DNA from: Candidatus Poribacteria bacterium
GTDB taxonomy: Bacteria; Poribacteria; WGA-4E; WGA-3G
Length of the DNA: 64,000 nt
Reading direction: 5' to 3'
NCBI GenBank assembly: GCA_964291315.2
Contig: OZ219753.1
Span: 928,001-992,000, forward strand
The position numbers and the translations under genes are program-made. Below are positions 18,384 through 26,504 of the stretch, one piece after another (positions within the stretch are counted from its first letter, which is position 1; every line of letters begins with the position of its first letter). Below the pieces are notes generated by a model that saw only the letters and a list, made by a program, of their open reading frames with translations, had not been told where the DNA came from and made no database searches.

Positions 18384-19421
18384 ATGCGAGATCAACAAGA
18401 ATCTAAGCGGCATAGCCAATACGATACTGTTTCCAAGGCGATTATCCATCAAAACCCACAGGATTGGACGGAGTTCGCCCTCGGAACCACAGACGTGGAG
18501 GCGATCCGGGTTTTAGAGACCGAGCAGCCGACCGTCCAATCAAACAGAGCGGATAGTTTCATAGAGGTGCGTGTGGGTGGTGAGCCTGCGATTGTGCATC
18601 TTGAGATCCAGACGCGTGACAGCGGCGCGGTGCCGATGCCGTATCGTATGGCGGGCTACATCGGCAGGGGCATAGAGCAGTTTCAGTTGCCGATTTACTC
18701 ACATGTGATCTACCTGCATCCGCGTGCGGGCCGGCGGGATCCTGGAGCGTATGTTCAATCGTTTCCTGGGTATGAGGTTCGTATCGGCTACAAGGTGATT
18801 CGTCTGTATGATATAGAGGGTTCTCATTTTCTGGATTCGGGTGTGAAGGGTTTGATCCCGTTTACGCCGTTGATGCGTCCGTCGGGTGATGCGTCTGGTG
18901 CTGCGTGGCTTCGGCGGTGCGTATCGGTTGCGGAGTCAGTGTATGCGGAGAGTGCGTCAAAGGGAGACTATCTGGCAGATTTAGCGATATTGAGCGGTTT
19001 GATATTTGAGTATTCGTCGATTCGTGAGGCGATAATGGAGGCGATCATGCAAGAGTCATCGGTTATTCAACATTTTCTTCAGCAAGGCATAGAACGCGGT
19101 CTTGAGCAAGGCATAGAACGCGGTAGAGAGGAGGGTCTTGAGCAAGGCATCGAGCAAGGCATAGAGCGCGGTAGAGAAGAGGGTCTTGAGCAAGGCATCG
19201 AGCGGGGTGCCCGAGAGAGTCTGATAGAAGGCATTCTTGAGACCTTGGAGCTGCGTTTCAACGCTAGCGCCTTGTCGCAGGTTGCGTCTGCTCTGGGGCG
19301 TGTTCAGTCTCTGCCGCGTCTCAAGGCACTCCGCCGTGAGGCACTGCAGACAGCGAGCCTCGGTGCATTCCAAGAGGCATTGGAGAGGAGCCGAGACAGC
19401 AACGGGAACGCCTCGTCTTAA
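18384..19421 (+). CDS. Rpn/YhgA-like PD-(D/E)XK nuclease, copy 1
   Basis: RADSFI...HLEIQT, RMAGY, C-terminal EQGIERGREEGL repeats, LELRF tail. Confidence 0.88.
   Translation: MRDQQESKRHSQYDTVSKAIIHQNPQDWTEFALGTTDVEAIRVLETEQPTVQSNRADSFIEVRVGGEPAIVHLEIQTRDSGAVPMPYRMAGYIGRGIEQFQLPIYSHVIYLHPRAGRRDPGAYVQSFPGYEVRIGYKVIRLYDIEGSHFLDSGVKGLIPFTPLMRPSGDASGAAWLRRCVSVAESVYAESASKGDYLADLAILSGLIFEYSSIREAIMEAIMQESSVIQHFLQQGIERGLEQGIERGREEGLEQGIEQGIERGREEGLEQGIERGARESLIEGILETLELRFNASALSQVASALGRVQSLPRLKALRREALQTASLGAFQEALERSRDSNGNASS
19080..19207 (+). repeat. Intragenic tandem repeats of 12-bp units (EQGI/ERGR/EEGL)
   Basis: Repeated GAGCAAGGCAT and GA(A/G)CGCGGT units. Confidence 0.85.
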
Positions 19422-19586
19422 TGCGGATGTGGCAGAGCCTGCTAGTTTCTGCTGTAGGTTCAGTATCTGTGCTTTGTGGTATGGTTTGCTACTCTATTTC
19501 TTTGATTTTTGCGGTTTGTATGTGGTAAATTATACTATTAACTCAGTAGTGCGAACAGAAAGGATAGCAGGAGCATTCCAGGGCGT

Positions 19587-20666
19587 ATGAGAGATCAACA
19601 ACAGTCAAGTGTTAAGCGGCATAGCCAATACGATACTGTTTCCAAGGCGATTATCCATCAAAACCCACAGGACTGGATGGAGTTCGCCCTCGGCACGGCG
19701 GATGTGGAGGCGATCCGGGTTTTAGAGACCGAGCAGCCGACCGTCCAATCAAACAGAGCGGATAGCTTCATAGAGGTGCGTGTGGGTGGTGAGCCTGCGA
19801 TTGTGCATTTGGAGATACAGACGCGGGATAGCGGCACTGTGCCGATGCAGTATCGTATGGCGGGTTACATCGGCAGGGGCATAGAGCAGTTTCAACTGCC
19901 GATTTACTCACATGTGATCTACCTGCACCCGCGTGCGGGCCGGCGGGATCCTGGAGCGTATGTTCAATCGTTTCCTGGGTATGAGGTTCGTATCGGCTAC
20001 AAGGTGATCCGTCTGTATGATATAGATGGTTCTCATTTTCTGGATTCGGGTGTGAAGGGTTTGATCCCGTTTACGCCGTTGATGCGTCCGTCGGGTGATG
20101 CGTCTGGTGCTGCGTGGCTTCGGCGGTGCGTATCGGTTGCGGAGTCAGTGTATGCGGAGAGTGCGTCAAAGGGAGACTATCTGGCAGATTTAGCGATATT
20201 GAGCGGTTTGATATTTGAGTATTCGTCGATTCGTGAGGCGATAATGGAGGCGATCATGCAAGAGTCATCGGTTATTCAACATTTTCTTCAGCAAGGCATA
20301 GAACGCGGTCTTGAGCAAGGCATAGAACGCGGTAGAGAGGAGGGTCTTGAGCAAGGCATCGAGCAAGGCATAGAACGCGGTAGAGAAGAGGGTCTTGAGC
20401 AAGGCATAGAACGCGGTAGAGAAGAGGGTCTTGAGCAAGGCATAGAGCGGGGTGCCCGAGAGAGTCTGATAGAAGGCATTCTTGAGACCTTGGAGCTGCG
20501 TTTCAACGCTAGCGCCTTGTCGCAGGTTGCGTCTGTTCTTGGGCGTATTCAGTCTCTGCCGCGTCTCAAGGCACTCCGCCGTGCGGCACTGCAGACAGCG
20601 AGTCTCGCTGCATTCCAAGAGGCATTGGAGAGGAGCCGAGACAGCAACGGGAACGTCTCGGCTTAA
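19587..20666 (+). CDS. Rpn/YhgA-like PD-(D/E)XK nuclease, copy 2
   Basis: Near-identical to copy 1, with one extra 12-aa repeat unit. Confidence 0.88.
   Translation: MRDQQQSSVKRHSQYDTVSKAIIHQNPQDWMEFALGTADVEAIRVLETEQPTVQSNRADSFIEVRVGGEPAIVHLEIQTRDSGTVPMQYRMAGYIGRGIEQFQLPIYSHVIYLHPRAGRRDPGAYVQSFPGYEVRIGYKVIRLYDIDGSHFLDSGVKGLIPFTPLMRPSGDASGAAWLRRCVSVAESVYAESASKGDYLADLAILSGLIFEYSSIREAIMEAIMQESSVIQHFLQQGIERGLEQGIERGREEGLEQGIEQGIERGREEGLEQGIERGREEGLEQGIERGARESLIEGILETLELRFNASALSQVASVLGRIQSLPRLKALRRAALQTASLAAFQEALERSRDSNGNVSA
20289..20452 (+). repeat. Intragenic tandem repeats of Rpn copy 2
   Basis: Same units as copy 1, 36 bp longer. Confidence 0.85.
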
Positions 20667-20918
20667 GATTTTTCTAAGCTCGGCTGAGCGTTCGTCTTGA
20701 CATCTCGTAAAAGCATTACGCCAACTCGCTGCCCAGCCACGGAACGCCCTCAACCTCATGCAAAAACCGAGTGGTAACAAGCGGATACCTCTGGCGTTGA
20801 CTTCACATGAGTAAGACGTTGGTAATCTGCTCGAAAAGTTATCACGTCGGATTTGAAAAAAAAACAGAACTGTGATAACATATCTATTAAATTCCTATTC
20901 GTAGGACGGAGAGCATTA

Positions 20919-23108
20919 ATGATTATCACAGTTCACGAAAGTTACCGTCGGAAAAGAGACCACACTGAACAGCTGCTCTTCGCTGTGGTTGAGCAAAATA
21001 CCCCCGGTGCTGTTAAAATACCTTTGTTTCCACAAGAGGAAACGGACGCGTTCACATTCTGGTTGGACAAGGCGCTCATCCAACGTTTAAACCTTTGGGA
21101 GTGGTTTCGCAACTACGCCAGAGAGGCTGAAGTCTCAACCGCTGGGATCCGCGGGCCACAAAATATCTTATATCCTTGGGACACCCGCTTTCCGATTAAC
21201 CAGATTGGGATTGTCTTAGCCACGCTTGCCAAGAGCCTTGTGGCTAATGAAATTGCCGATGGAAAGTGCGTCGAGAAAATCGGAGGGCGTGAAGTCCGAT
21301 ACAATTCAGAGAAGTATCTAGAACACATTGCGCGCATCCAGGCTGCGCAGGGCATCTGTACCTACGTACCGAAAGCCTTCGGTACGCTACCGATCTGGAT
21401 GGCGTCGTTCTTGATTTTCACGTTGGACCTCGATGGCGGTGAACACGTTACGTCAAGCCACTCCGTCAGTACCAAGAATGCGACTAAAGACCTCAACAAT
21501 CAGGGCAGTCAGTATCTGCCTGAAGAATCCGCGCGTTTTGTCAACAAGATCGAAGAGATTCTCAAAACGGCTGAAATTGAAGGTTACCCTATCCGGTTCA
21601 GTGCAGTCAACGACACACACATAGACTTTGATCGGCTTGATGAGCTCCACGACGGTGTACAACTCTACGCTCGCTACCTTAAAGCCGGTGTCGCGACGGC
21701 TGCGAATCTCGACCTGATTCGTAAGGTCAAACCCCGGGTTGTCGTGGATTGCGTCGGCGGCTGCATGTATCGCCCGATGCGCGCGATCTTCGAGCGATTA
21801 GGGATCGCTAGCTCTGTCCGGTGGCTACATACCGAAGCGGACCCGCTTTATCACAACATCGGCAAACTTGACCGCAATCCGAAAAGTGGCAGCGTTGAAT
21901 TTTACGACCTTGGTTGCGACTTCAGCATCCGTGATGTTGTCAAATCCGTAGATTATGCAACCAAACTGGAAGCCCAACCCGTTGGTACGGTGATCGAGGC
22001 TACTGATCCGGACGGTGATAGACTTGTGGTTTGTCAGATAGAAAGAGCGTCGCGTGCGGAAACGTTAGAAGGCCTCGGCATCGATGTACTGGACCTCGGT
22101 GATGAGCGTCTCTTGACAATTTACACGCCCAACCAAGCGTTTCTGATGTTGATGGATTTCTACGCTAAACAGCTTAAAACTTCCGGGCTCTGGTCAAACC
22201 ATCCGCGCTTCATGATTAAGACGACGCCGTCCGCCCTTGCCTGGGACCAGTGGGCGGCTGCAAACGGTGTCCGTGTGGTTAACGTGCCGGTCGGTTTCAA
22301 GGAAATCGCTGCTGTCATGAAAAAAATAGAGCGTCAAATTGTCAATGCCCCGGAGGCACCTGTTATTATCCAAGATGTCTACGGTGAGACGATCTCACTC
22401 GGGGTTCAACCGAGGCTTCTTTTTGCCGGTGAAGAGAGCGGTGGTATGATTACCGGGCCCGAAAATCTGATTCGGAGCCAAGGGGGTCGTGCAGCTATTG
22501 CGATGCGCGAGAAATCCGCAGGCGAATCCATGATCCTAGTAACTGCGCTCACCGCCCATTGCCAGGGGGCCAACAGCTTTCTCTCCGATTACCTTGCTGC
22601 TCTTTTTAATGAAAGTCACATCACTGCGACCTGCGATGTACGGGTGGACATTACCTATTACAATGAATCTGAGCCGAACCCAGAAAAACTACGCGCGGCA
22701 CAGCTAGTAGGCGAAACAAGTCGCGACAAAAACGACTTATTTTTTCTCGGAATCGCTATTGCTCTCCACGATGGGAAGATAGGCCTGGATCAGGCGCGTA
22801 ACATCCTTTCAGATGCGCTTCCTGATCTCAACTTCAAGGATCTGGAAGATGTCCGGTTTGTCGGAGACGGGAGCTATCTCAGATTTCGTGATAAGTGTGT
22901 TGAAGTGCGAAAATCCGGCACTGATGCAAAGACGAAAGCTTACGCTTCCGGTAAAGATAAAGAAGAGTGCCGGAAGTTTGCCACAAAATTCGGTGAGGCC
23001 AGCGGCGAATTAACCGAACTTTATAAACAACAGATAGGTCAAGATTATCTAAAAAATGTTGAAAAGCGGGCCCGCCAAATCTATAACGCCTTTCAGTTGC
23101 ATCAATAA
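20919..23108 (+). CDS. Alpha-D-phosphohexomutase (PGM/PMM) family protein, divergent
   Basis: STAGIRG, TSSHS, TDPDGDR, GEESGG, RKSGTD. Confidence 0.8.
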   Translation: MIITVHESYRRKRDHTEQLLFAVVEQNTPGAVKIPLFPQEETDAFTFWLDKALIQRLNLWEWFRNYAREAEVSTAGIRGPQNILYPWDTRFPINQIGIVLATLAKSLVANEIADGKCVEKIGGREVRYNSEKYLEHIARIQAAQGICTYVPKAFGTLPIWMASFLIFTLDLDGGEHVTSSHSVSTKNATKDLNNQGSQYLPEESARFVNKIEEILKTAEIEGYPIRFSAVNDTHIDFDRLDELHDGVQLYARYLKAGVATAANLDLIRKVKPRVVVDCVGGCMYRPMRAIFERLGIASSVRWLHTEADPLYHNIGKLDRNPKSGSVEFYDLGCDFSIRDVVKSVDYATKLEAQPVGTVIEATDPDGDRLVVCQIERASRAETLEGLGIDVLDLGDERLLTIYTPNQAFLMLMDFYAKQLKTSGLWSNHPRFMIKTTPSALAWDQWAAANGVRVVNVPVGFKEIAAVMKKIERQIVNAPEAPVIIQDVYGETISLGVQPRLLFAGEESGGMITGPENLIRSQGGRAAIAMREKSAGESMILVTALTAHCQGANSFLSDYLAALFNESHITATCDVRVDITYYNESEPNPEKLRAAQLVGETSRDKNDLFFLGIAIALHDGKIGLDQARNILSDALPDLNFKDLEDVRFVGDGSYLRFRDKCVEVRKSGTDAKTKAYASGKDKEECRKFATKFGEASGELTELYKQQIGQDYLKNVEKRARQIYNAFQLHQ

Positions 23109-23187
23109 GAGACAGTACTCATAAGTGCAACTGCTCTACTGAAGACTGAAGGCAGATAATTGATGACAAATCCAAAGGAGAATTATC

Positions 23188-24261
23188 ATGGTCAGAACAA
23201 TTATTATCTTGCTCGGAATCTTGATTGGGACTGCCTCTTTTTTGTCTATAGACATAGTTGCGCAGGCAGAATGGACTGTCCTGCGTGAAGACGATATCCT
23301 CCGCGGGGACGGTATTGAGGGCATGTTGCACGATGTCTATTTCACAAATAACACAAACGGATGGGTGGTCGGAGATAACGGTTTAATATTGGTAACAACC
23401 GACGGCGGCACAACTTGGACGAAGCTGGATGTCGATATGCGTCCCCCGGGCACCGGACAGAGGCAAGGCGCCCCCCCGGGCGGTATGTTTGGCCGGGGTG
23501 GCCCTGTGCCCCTCTATAATATCCATTTTATAGACGCAAATGTTGGGTATATCACCGGGGGCAGAGCCACTATCCTTAAAACCGAGGATGGCGGCAAAAC
23601 TTGGGCGCGTAAAATCGCAATGAGCGATACTCCTGGGCGAGATGGCAGACCCGGGCGTCTCCGAGCCAATTTGATGGGTATCCAGATGATTAGTGAAACA
23701 ACCGGATTCATCGCTGGATCCGAAAATACGATCCTCAAAACAACCGATGGTGGGGAAACGTGGGTGGGCAGCTCTGAACGCGCACGCGTCGGTGAGACTC
23801 GCAACAACCTTGAAAATATCTGGTTCGTTTCTCCAACGACAGGTTGGGTCATCGGCTCCTTCGGAACGCTCATGCACACAGCAGACGGCGGCGAAACCTG
23901 GGAAAAACATGATCCCGGATTCGATAACAACCTATTCGGTATCCATTTCTTCGATGAAAACACCGGATGGATTTGTGGACAGGAAGGACTCATCTTACAT
24001 ACGGCTGACGGCGGCGAAACATGGACGGAACAAAAAACTGAATCTTATGACGACCTGCACGATATTATCTTCGTCGATGCTAACGTCGGTTGGGCGGTGG
24101 GAGGCTTCAATTCTGTTCTACATACCCAAAATGGCGGCCAGACGTGGACGCTGTCTAATATACCGGGCAGTGCAACCCTCAAAGGCGTTCATGCAACCGA
24201 TCAAAATCACTGCTGGACAGTCAACGATTGGGGAGTCATCGCAGGATATAAGTCAGAATAG
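23188..24261 (+). CDS. YCF48-like secreted beta-propeller (BNR/Asp-box repeats)
   Basis: Signal peptide; repeated T.DGG.TW and GW.VG motifs. Confidence 0.88.
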   Translation: MVRTIIILLGILIGTASFLSIDIVAQAEWTVLREDDILRGDGIEGMLHDVYFTNNTNGWVVGDNGLILVTTDGGTTWTKLDVDMRPPGTGQRQGAPPGGMFGRGGPVPLYNIHFIDANVGYITGGRATILKTEDGGKTWARKIAMSDTPGRDGRPGRLRANLMGIQMISETTGFIAGSENTILKTTDGGETWVGSSERARVGETRNNLENIWFVSPTTGWVIGSFGTLMHTADGGETWEKHDPGFDNNLFGIHFFDENTGWICGQEGLILHTADGGETWTEQKTESYDDLHDIIFVDANVGWAVGGFNSVLHTQNGGQTWTLSNIPGSATLKGVHATDQNHCWTVNDWGVIAGYKSE

Positions 24262-24349
24262 GTATCCGTTAAAATCAATACGCAATGCACGCGCGTGCTG
24301 CTGCCCGGTCAATCTATGGGACGTGTGTGATACCTAAAAAGGAGAACTG

Positions 24350-25561
24350 ATGTCAGAACTGAAAAACCACAATGTCACCATGCTCGGCACGGGACTCATC
24401 GGAATGTTTTATACGATGACGCTCCACAGCCAACGTGGGGCGGATCGCGTTCACAGCGTCTACTCTCGACGCAAAGAACGCGCAGATGCGTTTGCTGAAG
24501 AGTGGAATATCCCGCATGCAACCGCTGATCTAACGGAAGCCGTCAATCACCCTGAGACCGATACTGTCATCATCGGGTTACCGAACAACTTGCATCTGAG
24601 GGCCGTGGAGTTGGCTGCTGCTGCCGGCAAATCCATTCTTTGCACAAAGCCTCTGGGACGTACTGCTGCCGAGGCGAGGGTGATGTTAGATATCGTTGAA
24701 AGCGCGGGCATATTCGGTGGTTATCTTGAGGATCTCGTCTATCCTCCAAAAACGCTCAAAGCGCTGGCATCCGTTCAAAACGGTGCGCTTGGTAAAGTTC
24801 TATGGGTGCGTTCCCGCGAAACACACCCCGGGCCCCACAGCGATTGGTTCTGGGATTTGGAGCAGGCTGGCGGTGGTGCTATCGTCGACATGGGATGCCA
24901 CTGCATTGAGATCATCCGAAACTTTGTAGGGAAGGATAACAGGCCTCTTGAGGTAATGTGCTGGGCGGACACGCTTGTGCATCCTATTGATGCGGAAGAT
25001 CACGGCATCGCGCTCATCCGGTTCGAGAGCGGTGCAATGGGACAGTTCGAAGTCGGTTGGGCGTTCCGCGGTGGTATGGATCTACGTGACGAAATCTCTG
25101 GGAGTGAGGGCACTATCTGGCTCAACCACTGGCTCCGGACAGGCTACGAAATGTTCACAGCGGTTGGGCAAGGCGGATATGTGGCAGAGAAAGCAGAGAG
25201 TGATACGGGCTGGCTTTTCCCTGTCGGTGATGAAGTGGCAGAGCTCGGTTACCGGGATATGTTCCTTGATATGTTCAATGCGATGGACGAAAAACGTGAG
25301 CCCTTGGAAACCTTCTACGACGGATACGTCGTCAACGCCATCATCGATGCGTGCTATAAATCGGCCGACTCAAAACAGTGGGAGCCGGTCGACATTCAAG
25401 ACTGGCGGGGCTCCCTCGAAGCTACTGACATCGTAACCGTTCAAGGCGATGCTGATGAACGTTATGCCCACCTCAAAGATGAGCGCATGCCCGACGGCAG
25501 CCTCAAACGTATCTTCAGAGAGCGGGAGACCGGTGAGATTATTGAACGGATAGAAAGTTAA
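24350..25561 (+). CDS. Gfo/Idh/MocA family oxidoreductase
   Basis: [23 protein letters not shown]. Confidence 0.9.
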   Translation: MSELKNHNVTMLGTGLIGMFYTMTLHSQRGADRVHSVYSRRKERADAFAEEWNIPHATADLTEAVNHPETDTVIIGLPNNLHLRAVELAAAAGKSILCTKPLGRTAAEARVMLDIVESAGIFGGYLEDLVYPPKTLKALASVQNGALGKVLWVRSRETHPGPHSDWFWDLEQAGGGAIVDMGCHCIEIIRNFVGKDNRPLEVMCWADTLVHPIDAEDHGIALIRFESGAMGQFEVGWAFRGGMDLRDEISGSEGTIWLNHWLRTGYEMFTAVGQGGYVAEKAESDTGWLFPVGDEVAELGYRDMFLDMFNAMDEKREPLETFYDGYVVNAIIDACYKSADSKQWEPVDIQDWRGSLEATDIVTVQGDADERYAHLKDERMPDGSLKRIFRERETGEIIERIES

Positions 25562-25568
25562 AAAGAGA

Positions 25569-25612
25569 AGGCGATTGCAGCTCAGTCTTCACACTGGACT
25601 CGGCAATCGCCT
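25569..25612. terminator. Hairpin between convergent genes, likely intrinsic terminator
   Basis: AGGCGATTGC/GCAATCGCCT stem; T-rich tail on the minus strand. Confidence 0.65.
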
Positions 25613-25638
25613 GTATTCATTGTTCATTGGATTTTCCT

Positions 25639-26265
25639 TTACCCAATCAGCCCGAGGGTTTGACATGCCTGTATCAACTTCCGCTCCACCTGTTTTAGGA
25701 GTTGGTTGACTCTCGGCTTGCTGAGTGCTAGAGCTTCAGCGATGTTGCGCTGTTTCATATTTGCACGAATGCATGTGAACACTTGCTGCTCGCGGCTGGT
25801 CAGGCAATCTTCCAGCTGGGGCAGCGCTCGTTCAAAATCGGTATTCCACATCTCCCAGATGAGTGCATCCACAAAGTTATCTTGTACCTGCGCGCTTGTT
25901 TCTACGCCCTCTTGAAGAAAATCGTTTGCACTGAAAGCGGGTGTAAAACGTTGAAGGTGTTGCTGCTCTGTTTTCTTGGCTCTTGTCAAAGCCCCACAGA
26001 TTCTTGGAAGCATATATGTTCGGAAACAGGCCCCTTGTATGTTGTCGGGTTTAAATCCGGGTCCTTTTTTCCAAAGCGTTATCCGTGCAATTTGCAGTAG
26101 GTCGTCCTGAAAAGATGGGAGTGCTGGTGCCGCGTTTGCAGTACACTTTGCACACCGCTTCAAGTCAGCTTCAAAGCGAATCAACGTTGCGTTATCTGCC
26201 TCGAAAACCCCTTTGTGCGCATACGGGGGACACTTCGGGCCCTTGAATTGACATCTCAGCGTCAT
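25639..26265 (-). CDS. Sigma-70 family alternative sigma factor
   Basis: Region 2-like DDLLQIARITLW...GACFRTY; region 4 LTSREQQVF...IAEALALSKPRVNQL; AGGAGG RBS. Confidence 0.8.
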   Translation of the reverse strand: MTLRCQFKGPKCPPYAHKGVFEADNATLIRFEADLKRCAKCTANAAPALPSFQDDLLQIARITLWKKGPGFKPDNIQGACFRTYMLPRICGALTRAKKTEQQHLQRFTPAFSANDFLQEGVETSAQVQDNFVDALIWEMWNTDFERALPQLEDCLTSREQQVFTCIRANMKQRNIAEALALSKPRVNQLLKQVERKLIQACQTLGLIG

Positions 26266-26504
26266 AATCTACCTCCTGGCACATGTTTGTTCTAAAACGA
26301 TGCGTGTCCCGAAGATAGCAACCCACGAAACACAGCATCACACACTTGGTTCGTACATATTTCCTCACAACTAAAAACGTAATTTGTATTCGCGTTTGCA
26401 AAAGTTGCAAACAACCAATAGACTCTCCTATAAATATAGCACAGTGCCCATTTTCGAATCAAGTAAAAGGGTGGTAAAGTTTTGTTACAAGGATCCAGTC
26501 TCTT

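Noticed and set aside
18384-20666. Rpn genes as IS transposases
   Set aside because: No terminal inverted repeats or DDE/HUH motifs; the family is a PD-(D/E)XK nuclease.
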